Shown here: positions 35,289 to 47,300 of the stretch, in pieces
How the letters are laid out: every line of letters begins with the position of its first letter
Numbering within the stretch: position 1 is the first letter of the stretch
NCBI GenBank assembly: GCA_027923505.1
Contig: BROI01000002.1
Location: 2,480,001 to 2,544,000 of the forward strand
Length of the DNA: 64,000 nt
Direction: 5' to 3'
Source: Mayamaea pseudoterrestris
Lineage: Eukaryota
Notes under the pieces: model-generated
Seen by the model: only the letters and a program-made list of their open reading frames with translations
Databases searched by the model: none
What the model was told of the DNA's origin: nothing
Position numbers and translations under genes: made by a program

Positions 35289-35336
35289 CCAATGACGATT
35301 ATACTCTATTCTATCTCTTTTTATTATAGTATAAGC

Positions 35337-38300
35337 TTATAAATGTTTCGCGAGCTTGTCCAGGTCAGTTCGCCACAAGTCCTCGGCGGTGAGGGACTGA
35401 ATCTTTTTCAGCTCACTGTCCTTTTTTGAAGCATCGCTGCGAAGCTCCGAGATTCTTTCCGACGTCAGACTAGACAAAGGCATGTTCAGTAGATAGTCAT
35501 AGTCGGATCTTACAGGATCATCTCGCCCCAATTCTTTAACATCGTCGCTTTTGCGACGGCGAAACACATCGTTATCGTTGCGAATGCGCAGCAACTCATC
35601 GGCAGTGGAATATTCTAGTGATTTTAACTCTAGAAAAGTCTCGTCCTTTGTCCTTCGCCCAGCTGTGAGCTGAATCTTTCCGGTCGATACGGCCTCGATG
35701 AAGCGAGCCTTGTTCTGCAGAATAGCAGAGGCATGTTTATACTCTGACTCCAAGACAGAGCGACGGTCCCTGTAGAGGCTTAGACGAACAGGAAAATACT
35801 CATCTACAATGTTTTCTGCAGAGTGAAATTTTCGCAGCCGGTTGACACTGTCAAACGCATTCATGTTGGTTGTCGGCAAACTCCGCTTCAGTTTGAGCAC
35901 ATGTTCTAACCCGCTGTCCATCATTCGATTGAGCTGTACTCGCTTTAACTGTATTTCAAATTTAACTTGTGACGATGTATGCTCTTCCTTAAAATGCTGA
36001 ATCTCACCGCGATCGCGCATTTTTATAAGTTGAGCTTTGTACACGTTCGTCCAGACTCCCAAGGGAAGCTCATTAACGACGACAGTTGTATCTGATGCCT
36101 TCTGAGCTGCCCCGATGGATATAAAGCCACTCCCATTAGGATTCTCTGCTATGGCGCCACGAAAGCCTCTCGCGTACGGTCGCAGCGGCGGCACCTGTTC
36201 CGTCTTGTCCAGTTTCACGCGAACGTAGTCAAGCAAGTCGCGTGGATTGTGCGGAGGAATAAATGTGGACCAGCCTGTTCCAATGCCTTGGCAGCCATTG
36301 ACGAGGAGCAGCGGTATTATAGGGCAGAAAAACTCTGGCTCAATTACCTGCCCATCATCCTCTAGATAAGTGAGAAGTACGTCGTCCTCTTCAGGAAAGA
36401 GGAGGCGCGCTACAGGCGACAATTGCGTGAAGATGTACCGTGGCGAAGCTGCATCAGCGCCGCCTCCAAGCCGTGTCCCAAATTGCCCACGAGGTTCTAA
36501 TAGATTGATGTTGTTTGATCCGACGAAATCTTGAGCCATGCCGATAACTGCAGAAGTTTGGCGAGAGGTGAGTTGTATGGTCTGCACCGTAAATCATTTG
36601 TTAGGGCATACTCACTTGTTGATTGTAAAGACACTTCCCCATGGTGGTAAGCGGTGTGCTCGGCACAGTAGCCTGACAACTGTTTTCGCGTGAGTAGACG
36701 TAACGGATGAGTGTGCGGTATTGGTATAAACAGACGGCTCACGTGTAAACTCACCTGCGCCACTTTCATCTCCGAGTTTAACTTGCGCTTAAAGCACGCG
36801 TAAAGAACCTTCCTTTGAGACGGTTTTAGCCCATCAATGACACTTGGTAGACTGCGCAGGTTGTCTGCATGGGAGAAATGAATCATTTCCTTGTTGATAA
36901 AATCCTCGTAACTCACGGTGTCGCCGTCGACACCGACATCCTCGTCATAAAGGTCAATCATCCAATTCCGTCGTTCAGCGGCGCGCTCTTTGTCGAAAAC
37001 CATATCGAGGGCTTCACCGTCTGCGTCAGAAATCCAACAGAAGGGTCGCATGTGCTTATCAAAGTTGGCGAAGTAATCGCGAGCTTCGACGCTGGTGTTG
37101 GTACCTAAACCTTTGTAATATTTTATAACATACTTCGTCGCATCAGCTGGACTGAGCGAGTCTTTCCAAGCTCGGTATTCGGCCATGGTATAAAACGAAT
37201 GTGTATCTTTCGCGCCCTTCTTGTTGGCTTTTAGCAACGGAGTGATAAAGGACGACAAAAAGTTCTCGTCCGCAGAATCCTGCGGCAGATCAGCGGGAGG
37301 CATTAAGAGCTTTGGCCAGAAATGACGAAAGAAATTAATTACGAGACCTTTGATATGCGATCCATCTAAACCGGATGATGCAGTTTATGGTTAGTCGGTG
37401 TCCTGATGGATGACAAGAAGCAAAAAACGATTCTTTTCTCGTACCATTGTCTTGATCGGTCATGAGCATGACAGAACCGTATCGCAACTGTTTGCGCTCT
37501 TCAATTGTGTCATACTCAAGATGAAAATCGAGCCCGAGAATAGAGCAGAGAGCTTTTACTTCTTGATTGCTAGTAAGTTGGGACACAGTCGCATGCCGAA
37601 CGTTCAAAAACTTGCCGCGCAAGGGAAATACGCCGTACGTGTCTCGACCAATAATTTCAAATCCGGCCACAGCCAATGCCTTCGCCGAGTCTCCCTCCGT
37701 GAGTATTAACGTACACTCTCCTCCTCTTTCAGTTCCAGCTTGGTGTGCGTCTTCAAGCTTGGGAATCGAAAGAAGCTGGCGTCTGGTTTTCTTGACTCCA
37801 ACCTCCTTCAATAAACTCGCTTGCTGCCTCCCTTGAGCCGCTCGCAAAAGCGCCTCTATAACGCCGGGACCCCCATTCTCTTGCGGCTGAAATAAAGCAG
37901 TAAAGAAATTCTCGTTGAATGCATATTTGCAGCCAAAGTTGGCCGGATTCGAAGTAAGCGATTCCTTCATTTGCGAGTCAAAGGTAGGATTCTCAATAAG
38001 CGTATCACATGCAACAAACAAGTGTCGTCGAATCAAGCCACTTGAAACGAGCTCCGCTAGCTCGGGATTGGTTTTTTCGAGCTTGTCTTGTAGACGTTTA
38101 GTGATCTGCTGTAGAATAACATTGACATGAGTTCCTCCGCGTGTCGTGGCCATGCCGTTGACAAACGAGTGCATCTCCAGCGAGCCACTCTCCGACAATC
38201 CAATGCCAACAGCCCATCGATCATTAACTTTCTGATAACAAACGGGTGGAGCGTCGGCGCTGCGATACATGTCGGCATAGTTGCGAAAGCTTTGAAAGGA

Positions 38301-39323
38301 AACGTCCATTCCGTTAAGTGTGACACAAACCTTGCCAGCCGCGCATCCAGCCACGTCCAAAACCCTTCGACACATGACGTCGTAGTCGTCCGGATGAATA
38401 ATTTTAGCTCCTGCATCTCCTGATAATCGAGGCAAATCAGGAATGAACGAGACGCAAGTATAATCATGGGCCTTGAAGTCAGTCACCTCTGTAATGATGG
38501 GTTTCGAAACCAGCATCATGTTCTTCGTCCACACTTGCTGATATAAGAGACCATTCCGACTATCTAGTGTTTCAACAGTAAATTGCTGGCTGAAAATGTT
38601 GGTCAACTTGGCGCCGTATCCATGACGACCGCCCGTAAGTCGCTTTTCGTTATCGTCAAAGTTGGAACCGCTCAGTAGCGTCCCGAAGAGCAATTCAGGA
38701 ACGTAGACGCCTTCATCCGCATGTACTTGCACCGGAATCCCTTTACCGTTGTTCTTAATTTGAATAAAAGGAGGTCGATCGTCAGCGCCAGGATCAATGA
38801 CGACGTCAATGCGTGTGCAGGAGTCGTCGCGCAACCTATTGTCTGAAGCGTTGACCAGTATCTCGTCAAATATTTTGGTGAGAGCGGGAACAATGGCTAA
38901 TTGCCGTTTCGCCATTTTCAAAGATTTTATATTTAAAGTGTAAGACTTCGTTGTTGCGGATGTTATAGGTTGCGGCGACGACTCAAGGACCCAGCAGGTA
39001 GATGGCGGCATGCGCTCATTCGGCCCGACATACATGCCCGGCCGCAGCAGTACATGCTCTATCGGAGTTTTTCTTGTGTACAATTCTTCAATTGATGGTG
39101 ACGAGACTAATTCTTCGTCATCCTTGAGGACGCTACTGGAGAATGTGCGTGTTGTCAGCTGCGACGGTGTTGATTTTGGAAGATGCAGTGTCCAATGACA
39201 GGCTGATGCTATATCTTGGATTCCAGCCACATGTGCAAAGCTCGTCAATATTGGTCCTTTTATCCTTGCTTTATTTGCTAGTCGCGTCGATCGCCTCGCT
39301 GCTAGTCGAGCAATCGTCGCCAT
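35337..39323 (-). CDS. TOP2: Eukaryotic-type DNA topoisomerase II (type IIA), probably organelle-targeted; introns 37366-37444, 36680-36754, 36548-36615
   Basis: EHVLLRPGMYVG, KIFDEILVNASDN, GGRHGYGAKLTNIFS, TEGDSAK, PLRGK, MTDQDN|DGSHIKGL, YYKGLGT, DGLKPSQRK, YHHGE, catalytic ASPRYIFT. Confidence 0.96.
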
Positions 39324-39710
39324 GTTGTTTGTTGGGGTGTCGGCCTTTCGGGATTCTGTTCATGGTCCTCGTTGTTTCAATCGCATCGATTTTCAAGTTA
39401 TGCACGCATGAAAAAGAACAATTGAAAGCCAACACACCAACTATTGCCCCGTATCTCGGACTTCGAAAGTCTCTAAACGAACGGCTACCGAATCCCGTTG
39501 AGAGAAAACACATTTCCGTTGAAGCGTAGAGGGCGCGCCAGCACACATTCATTCGTTGGTGCAAACGAAAGTCGCCTCGACAAGACGTTTGAACGCGCTT
39601 GCTGCGAAGCGTACAGAGAGAAATCCGAGTTTGCACTGTGCGCGAATTCGAACCGACAAGTAAGAGCTTCGACTCAGCAAGTTATACAACTAGGCAAAAC
39701 ATAACTCATC

Positions 39711-41477
39711 ATGGTGCAATATGGTCGAAGTGCACGCAAAAAGAACAATGCATCGGGTCGGAACAACAGCCGAGGTGCGGATGAACCGCAGCTGGTGAAC
39801 AAGGCGTCGAGTTTGATCTCAAGTTCCGTCTCGTTGGATGGACAGTCGCTGCAATTGCCAGAGGAATACATGCAAAGCAATGTTGCTGCCTCTTCGTTGC
39901 TGGGAATTACTCCTAGTCTCGATGGAGAATCGCTAATGCTCCCCGATGAAATGGCCTCAAACTTTGACGACGACGATGATGGAGGTCTTGCTTCCTACAT
40001 GAACATGCTCGGCGATCCGTCTGGCGAAGATAATGCGAGTCTAGACTTTCATGACGATGTTTCCAGCATTAACGACGAGTCTATTGCGCATCCTGATCCA
40101 GCAACTTTGAAGCAAAACAAAAAATACCTCAAGATAATCGGAAGCGGAAGCGGTGAAACGCAAAAGGAGTCGGACAGTGAACTACCTACCAGTACTGGCA
40201 GCGGCCAACACAAGGACGTTAATAGTTTGCAGACACCGTCAAAAATATCTTTTCCGGTGAGCACCAAGTCGAGTAAATCAAAGAATAATATCAATGAGGC
40301 GCAGAAGGTACAGGACGATGCACCCGGGGCTGGTGGATGCTGCTGCTGCCCAGTTTGGATTCGAAAGGCTCCCACTTGGCTCAAGGTTGTCTTTGCAATT
40401 AGTTTAATCCTTCTGTTGGCAGCCATGGCTTTGGTGGGTGTTGGCCTTACCATGGCCATTCGTAACAAGCAAGCTTCGCAGGCGGCGAGTGAAAATGCGA
40501 TTGGATCACCTCCTTCCCCGAGTAGTAAAACGTTTGCACCATCTGCTCTTCCCGTTGATGGTAATAATGCTGGCAATAACACGACGAGGCCAACACCAAA
40601 TAACAATGGCACGATGACCAACACGACTGACATTCCGATCAGTTCCAATAACGGTACCAATCTCACCGTATTTTACGCCACGGGCGGACGATACCCGGAT
40701 GATTTAATGGCGTCTATTCCCGACTTGCTTAGCTCTTTGCCAACGAATAGTACTCCCGGATTCATGGCCCATTTGGGTGATTGGAACGCGCCGTCCGTCT
40801 CAGGGTGCGTCGAGCAAGACTACGAAGAAGTGGGCAATCTATTTGAAAGCTCTTCGATTCCTGTCTATTTTGTGGTCGGTGACAATGAATACAATGACTG
40901 TAGCGACGAACAAAAGGCACTTGATATGTGGAGGGATGATCTGGTCGGTTACGAGACGGAGCATTGGCCAAGTCCGACCTGGGAAATTTTACGACAAGAT
41001 CAACGTGAGGAAAACTACGCCTTTTACAAGCAGCAAGCCATTTTCGTGGGAATCAACTTGGTAGCCGGTTCGGTTGTTTCGGCAGATGAATGGACTGGAC
41101 GACACGAAGACGACTTAGATTGGATTGACGCCAATTACAAGCAGTTTGGTCCGCAAGGAGCCAAGGCACTCGTCATTTTTTGCCACGCATCGCCCGATCA
41201 TGCTCCCAACGCTGATTTCTTCAGTCAACTGTTTGATCGAATTGAAACATCATACGCAGATGTCCACTTTGTGATTGTCCATCGCAACACACCGCAGCAG
41301 ACGTCGGGAATGGTTCGGCAGTATGGCAACATTACGAACCTTGACCTTGTGATTGTCGAAGGTTCAGTATGGCCACCAATGAAGATTGGTTTGGATTTTT
41401 CGGGAGACGCGGTCAAGGTCATGGGCGATCAAGCGCTTTGGTACGATAAGCTTCAAGCCGATGCAGGCAGTCGTTAA
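39711..41477 (+). CDS. Single-pass membrane protein with C-terminal calcineurin-like metallophosphoesterase domain
   Basis: Disordered acidic N-terminus, CCCC cluster, TM helix (VVFAISLILLLAAMALVGVGL), then AHLGDW, VVGDNEYNDC, IFCHA. Confidence 0.78.
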   Translation: MVQYGRSARKKNNASGRNNSRGADEPQLVNKASSLISSSVSLDGQSLQLPEEYMQSNVAASSLLGITPSLDGESLMLPDEMASNFDDDDDGGLASYMNMLGDPSGEDNASLDFHDDVSSINDESIAHPDPATLKQNKKYLKIIGSGSGETQKESDSELPTSTGSGQHKDVNSLQTPSKISFPVSTKSSKSKNNINEAQKVQDDAPGAGGCCCCPVWIRKAPTWLKVVFAISLILLLAAMALVGVGLTMAIRNKQASQAASENAIGSPPSPSSKTFAPSALPVDGNNAGNNTTRPTPNNNGTMTNTTDIPISSNNGTNLTVFYATGGRYPDDLMASIPDLLSSLPTNSTPGFMAHLGDWNAPSVSGCVEQDYEEVGNLFESSSIPVYFVVGDNEYNDCSDEQKALDMWRDDLVGYETEHWPSPTWEILRQDQREENYAFYKQQAIFVGINLVAGSVVSADEWTGRHEDDLDWIDANYKQFGPQGAKALVIFCHASPDHAPNADFFSQLFDRIETSYADVHFVIVHRNTPQQTSGMVRQYGNITNLDLVIVEGSVWPPMKIGLDFSGDAVKVMGDQALWYDKLQADAGSR

Positions 41478-41720
41478 TGAAATATCAAGCTCGAATATGA
41501 AAACAGTACACTAGCCACCAACTCTTATCGCCTTTGTTGCGGCAGTCACTCAACGTGCCGTAGGCTTCGGATCAAACGATATTGATATAAGATCTGACAC
41601 GCAATAAAGTAGCCATTTTCGTTCGTAGATATCTTAGATTTTGAACGTACACAATATATATTAATACACATTGCCCAAGTACGAGTAGGATGCAAAAATT
41701 TGGTACGGAATCAAAACATT

Positions 41721-41794
41721 AGCTTCTTGTCGGATTCGAACCAACGACCTTCTCATTACGAATGAGATGCTCTAACCAACTGAGCCAAAGAAGC
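41721..41794 (-). tRNA. trnT(CGU): tRNA-Thr (anticodon CGT)
   Basis: Reverse complement GCTTCTTTGGCTCAGTTGGTTAGAGCATCTCATTCGTAATGAGAAGGTCGTTGGTTCGAATCCGACAAGAAGCT folds as a cloverleaf: acceptor stem GCTTCTT/AAGAAGC, anticodon stem TCTCA/TGAGA, loop TT-CGT-AA, GTTCGAAT T-loop, downstream TTTT. Confidence 0.96.
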
Positions 41795-41927
41795 AGGACT
41801 GCAAGATTGACCAATTATTGCATGTTGAAGATAAAGAACAATGATGACGGAGTATTGTCGGAGGGGCAGACGATGAACGAGCGCAACAACACCAACTACA
41901 TTGGACAATTCTCCCAGTGTCACAGCC

Positions 41928-42365
41928 ATGACAACCTCTTCTTCCTTTACTGGCGGAGCTCTTTCCTTTAAAGGTGACAAGAAGGCCAAGAAAAAGAAGT
42001 CAAAGTCAAAACATGATCACAGCTCCAATTTCGACGATAAACTGGATGTGCTGCCACCATCCGCATCAGGAGCATTGACTAGTAGCCCAAACAACGAAGA
42101 CGACAACTTGACCGAGGCTGAAAGAAAGGCGTTGCGTAGAAAGAGGAAACGAGAACATCAAGAATTGGAAATTGTGGCCAAGAAGAGTCATCGCGAGCGC
42201 ATAGAAGAGTTCAACCAAGCTCTGGCCTCTGTGACGGAGCATAACGACATTCCTCGCGTACGTTTAGCGACTGTGGGCTTTATTAAAAGGCGAATATTAG
42301 CAATCTGCAACATCTAACACATTCTCTATGTTTTACTGCAGGTGAGCGCCGCTGGAAATGGTTAG
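41928..42365 (+). CDS. FAM32A-like small basic protein; intron 42258-42341
   Basis: GGALSFKG.KK; LTEAERK; KSHRERIEEFNQALASVTEHNDIPR|VSAAGNG*. Confidence 0.85.
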
Positions 42366-42852
42366 TCGATTGTGTTGTGATGCTCGCTGCCGCCCGAATG
42401 TGAGTTTCGCATTGTCACTACTACTTGGCAAATGATGTCGGCAGTGGGCAGTTTATGCTGTTTATTTCTTGCCAGTAAAGATCGGAAAACCTGTTTACAA
42501 GAAGATAGATGAGACGACTGAAAGATCCTGCACAGTAGATGATGGTTTAGATCTCATCAGCCAGCTCAGTACGACTGCGATTCCAAGTAAAGAGTCTGTT
42601 CGATCCGACTCCTATCTCAATCCTGACTGCTGTTTATCTCACTTATAAACATGTGAAGTAGTTATGATAACCGGGTACGGCGCGAAACCAGCTTGTAGTT
42701 GATGTTGTCTCTCACTCCTGGCCGAGGTTGAAAACGGAGTCGCAGCGCGTTTCCTCCGACCATCGATGCCGACTGCGATCGAGCGGCAACCACTATAACA
42801 TTGGATCGGCAAATGCATCTTGCATCTTTGCCACATAAAAACCTTCTTCCTC

Positions 42853-43899
42853 ATGTCTTTCGTCTGGCGCACAGCTAGTCGAGCTGGTGCTCCACTTGCG
42901 ACTGCCCTCGTATCGACGCACTTGACATTCACCAAGTGCGATGCAAGTGCTGCCAGCGATCCAAATAATGTAACCGAAGCTTCTCCCACAAGCACTGCTG
43001 CTAGCGACTATGAAACTCACTTTAAACTTTCTGAAAAGGAAGGAATGCGACCTGACGAAACGGGAGACTTTCATGGTCTATTCCCTCGCCGTCAACTTTG
43101 GCATCCGTTGGTTCCCTACCCGCTCTGGACCAAGAATTGGGACGGCCGCGAACCGGCATCAACCGGTGACAAGGAACTCGATCGAGAGCAGATGCGTCGA
43201 ATCAGAAAGCATGGAGTGACGCGTCATATCATTCTCATTCGGCATGGGCAGTACGATGAGTCTGAGAAGGAAGATGAACTTCGCAAGCTCACGCCGTTGG
43301 GTAAAGAACAAGCGGCCTTGACGGGGAAGCGACTCGCCGACATGATGGCTGGCGCCGAGGACGACTTTGGTCCCTGCAACATTACGCACCTTCGTGTCAG
43401 TAACATGACACGAGCCAAAGAAACGGCAGATATTATCGCCTCATACTTGCCGAATGTACGCTTCGAAGATCCAGATGCGCAGCTGAACGAAGGCCGCCCT
43501 TGTCATCATATTCCTGGAGTAAAGGTATCAAAACGAACGATTGAACTTACGGATGAGAATCATTTTCGCATTGAGGCTGCCTTTCGCCAGTACTTTTATC
43601 GTGAACCGCTTGCCGACAGTCACGATTTACAATGTGTGGCTGAACTTCAAGACAAGCATGATGGAGAGCAGCACGAGTTTGAAGTCATTGTCTGCCATGC
43701 CAATGTCATTCGCTACTTTTTATGCCGCGCCTTGCAGCTACCACCAGAAGCTTGGCTCAGATACTGCCCGTTTAATTGCAGTTTGACTTACATAACCATC
43801 CGTAGCACTGGTTCCGTTTCTTGCCGCATGATGGGAGACATTGGGCATCTATCATACGGGAAGTCAACCTTCAGCAAGCATCATGGTTTTAACTGGTAA
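42853..43899 (+). CDS. PGAM5: Mitochondrial histidine-phosphatase PGAM5
   Basis: WTKNWDGR, RHIILIRHGQY, SNMTRAKETA, RIEAAFRQYF, IVCHANVIRYFLCRALQLPPEAWLR, GDIGHL. Confidence 0.94.
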   Translation: MSFVWRTASRAGAPLATALVSTHLTFTKCDASAASDPNNVTEASPTSTAASDYETHFKLSEKEGMRPDETGDFHGLFPRRQLWHPLVPYPLWTKNWDGREPASTGDKELDREQMRRIRKHGVTRHIILIRHGQYDESEKEDELRKLTPLGKEQAALTGKRLADMMAGAEDDFGPCNITHLRVSNMTRAKETADIIASYLPNVRFEDPDAQLNEGRPCHHIPGVKVSKRTIELTDENHFRIEAAFRQYFYREPLADSHDLQCVAELQDKHDGEQHEFEVIVCHANVIRYFLCRALQLPPEAWLRYCPFNCSLTYITIRSTGSVSCRMMGDIGHLSYGKSTFSKHHGFNW

Positions 43900-44315
43900 T
43901 GCAGATGCTTGTGACCGTACACATGCGATGGGAGCCGCTACTGATTGTTTGCCTCCAAGCTATTCGATTGTCTCATGATAAACACCTCAAAAGCGGCCAA
44001 TAGAGCTCGCGTCAGTATTAACATAATTTAACCTATATCTGCAAGTGTTTGCCTATGATATTGAGCAGATACCGGTTCTTGTATGTACATAACTAATCAG
44101 AGCATTTTTGGTCGTAGTGAACTTGCAGTGGAGTGGCTCGTTACCGATGGGTCATTACAGAAGCCAGTGCGACATTGAGTTAGAAACGGATGCGATGCAC
44201 AAACGCTCCACACCATGGCAATCGCGTGCGTTGCCGGACAAACAGATCCAAGCCAAGCACCCTCTTCGATCAAAGCGTTAAATCGTGTTATATTACAAAC
44301 TGCAGTACTGGCAAA

Positions 44316-47300
44316 ATGAGTCATAATGACGGGGATGATGATGACGACATGGCTGACCTCTTTTCCTTTGGAGCTGAAGGGGGCGAAACGGATCCAGAAA
44401 TCGTTGGCCAGGAGTTTAGTGTCGGCGATGCTGCCACGGCAAGCTCTCGTCCACGACTAAATTCCGATGATAGTCTTATTGACATGATTGAAAATGAGGG
44501 CGTCAAGGGAGTTTTGTCGGGAGTTGGTTTGATCGAGGACCATGATCCAGAAACGCAGGACATTTTAAAGTGGTTGGACAATGAGGATGATACTGCTGCG
44601 ACAGATGTACTGACTGAGCGAACTGTGTCGCAGGATGACGAAGAAGAGCAAAGACAAGAAATTGTTCTGCCTTCAGTGGAACCAACCGTAGTGGCGCTGC
44701 CTCCAATATTTACGAGTTTACAAGAAGCGCTTGACTCGAAAGAATCAACCTCGGAACAGATTCGACAACTCGCTCTGACTGAAGATGTTATAAGAAGGGA
44801 ACAGAGGCCTGAGTTGTATTGTCGGCTAGTTTGCAACAAGACTTTGGAAGAGACACTAAGCTCAAGTCTAGCCGACTCTTTCGAGCACTGGAGCCAAGAG
44901 GCAGCACCCAACGATGACATGACACTTGCAACTTTAGAAGGCTGGACGAATACTCAAGCCCTAGCCTTGTCTGAACAATATACCTGCAATGTCGAAGACC
45001 TGAAGAAGCTTCTTTTATACCGACTTCGCTCTCATGGAAGCGAGCAAGACCTTCTTCTTCCACCCGTTGCAGCAACGTTGCTTTCCACTGGAATGCCGCT
45101 TGCTGCGTGTAGTGTGGTCTTACATCAGATACTTCCCAACTATATGCCTTTGTTAAACTTGCCGCAAAAGGAGCGTTGGGAGGCGTCGTTGAGTATGCAT
45201 TCCGAATTCTACTTGCTCGCCGTATATCACCTTCCGCTGCTAGTTTTTCACCTCGATCAGTACTTGCAAGGCTGGCATTGGCCAAAGCAACATGACACAG
45301 ACGGAAACGGCACAGAATTAGAGCCTACAGAGAAAGGTCGCAACCTGCAATCACTAGGGCAGCTCCCACCTTCCTGGCTGCTAAGCCACTTTGCAGGTGA
45401 ATCGAATGGGACATTCTATTTGGGTCAGGAAGACGTATTAGAAGTTTGGGACAATTCTTTCACGCGACAAGATCCAGCACTTCGGTTCTTTTTGACATTA
45501 GCCTTGCTAGAGCAAGCCTCAGACACACTTATACTATTGACAGGCAACGAGTTAAAGGAACAGTTTGAGTCGTCGCTGACAATCAACAAAAAGGACGGGG
45601 GCACATCAATCGGCCGCTGGGTTGACCGCGCGGAGATCATGCGTGGGGCCACTCCTGACACTGTGGTGCTAAAATTGAGAACAGCCGAAGATTCGGCGGT
45701 GCAACATACAATAAAGCTTCGTCAGGAACGAGCTGAACAAGAACTAAAGTTGAAAATGGAGGCAGAGTCGATCGCTCACAAGATAGCTCATGAGAAGAAA
45801 GCGGATGAAGCACGAGAACGATTGAACAGGGCCAGGCTCGTTGCCTTCTATCGAAAGCATATGCCCGACAAGGAAAACAATGTTGACACAATTCTAGTGA
45901 ACTACGCTGGTCGATTGGACGTATTGGAAAAGAAGTTGAAGGCGAAATACGGCGAAGGATTCAATCCAGCATTTAAATCAAAACAGGAGGTGGATGTTCC
46001 AAATGAGACACTTAAGCGTATTGCAACTTTGAACAAGGGTATTGGGGGCGTTTTTGGTGCCAAGGGACCAAAAGAGGACGAAGTGGTCGAGTGTTGTCTG
46101 CCATCCGAGCATGTATCAGTCCAGGTTTTGGCGTCCGAAGTCTTGCCCGTCTTTTGTTGGTCAAAAGAAGCAGTTGCGGTCCGAGGCGTGAAGTACAAAC
46201 CCGTTCAGAGACGAAAATATCTTAAATTTTGTATAATAGACTGTCGAACCGAAGCGGCCGCCGTTGAGCAGGGACGTTTCCCTACATCAATGAACCTAAG
46301 CCCGGAGATTATGATGGCTCCTGAAAAACTGAATGATGCTGAAGAGAGATTTGAGTCGCTGCGGGGCGCTGCGCATATCGTGATTATGGGTGATGGATTT
46401 TCCGCTTTGCCACAGCTTTACAATTACAAATTGAACCCTCGGACCGAGGAACTCATTTTAGAAGATCAGTCGCGGGTGCAAAATTGTGCCCTTTTCTTTG
46501 TCAAGCGGGGTTTCCCATTTGTGTCAATATTGGAAGGAGGATTTGCGGCATGTCACTCGTGGATCATTCGCGAGGGACCAGCGCATGAGCTTGCTGCATC
46601 TTCAGTGCTGTCAGACTATGTGCCTGATGGTTCTTTATTTGGTCAGCTTGAGGCGTTCCATAACGCGTCCGGGGCGGAAAAGGCGCAGCGAAGAATGCAA
46701 TCGATTCTCGACAAGTCATTGACAGTCGTTGCTAAGCGAGCTCAACAGCTCGAGGATTTTGCGAACGAGCTCGATAATGTAGAGACTACGGCTGCTGGAT
46801 TTCGTAGCTTGTTCGGACGAGGAGCGTCGAGCGCCCAAAAATCTACATCTGGTAGCCGGCCGAGTGTCAGTTTGCAGGAGTCGAAGGATGGTGAGGGCTT
46901 GAAGCAATTTTTTGTTGGGATCGGCAAATCTTTTGATGAAGAGCGCACCTGTCTGCCTGAAGCAGAACCCACGTCGTCGGCGTCTGAACAGCCAACACAA
47001 ATCACTGAAACCTCCGAGCCATCGGAAGACTCGACGAAGGAAAAGGTGGAAGGGTTTGATGCAACAGCTCACACACCCCGAACGGATGATAGTCTAGACC
47101 GAAAGGCCATGGGCCCTGCACCAACTGTAAATGCCTTTGCCAATCTGTGGCGCCGCGGAACATCTGGTGGCAACTCTGGAGCCACAGGCACTATAGTTGC
47201 GGCTGATAACGCTCCGGAAATGGCCGTGGTTGGCACGACAAAGACTGAACCTGCTGGGGGAATTGGCGGCTTTTTGAAGCGAAATCCTTTTGCTCGCCTT

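Noticed and set aside
40049..40666. Long antisense ORFs (also 44321-44920)
   Set aside because: Antisense shadows of well-supported genes, with no independent motifs.
42366..42800. Possible snoRNA or other ncRNA in larger intergenic gaps (also 25400-25740, 63260-63700)
   Set aside because: Only isolated TGATG/CTGA-like words; no convincing box pairs, terminal stems or guide complementarity visible by eye.
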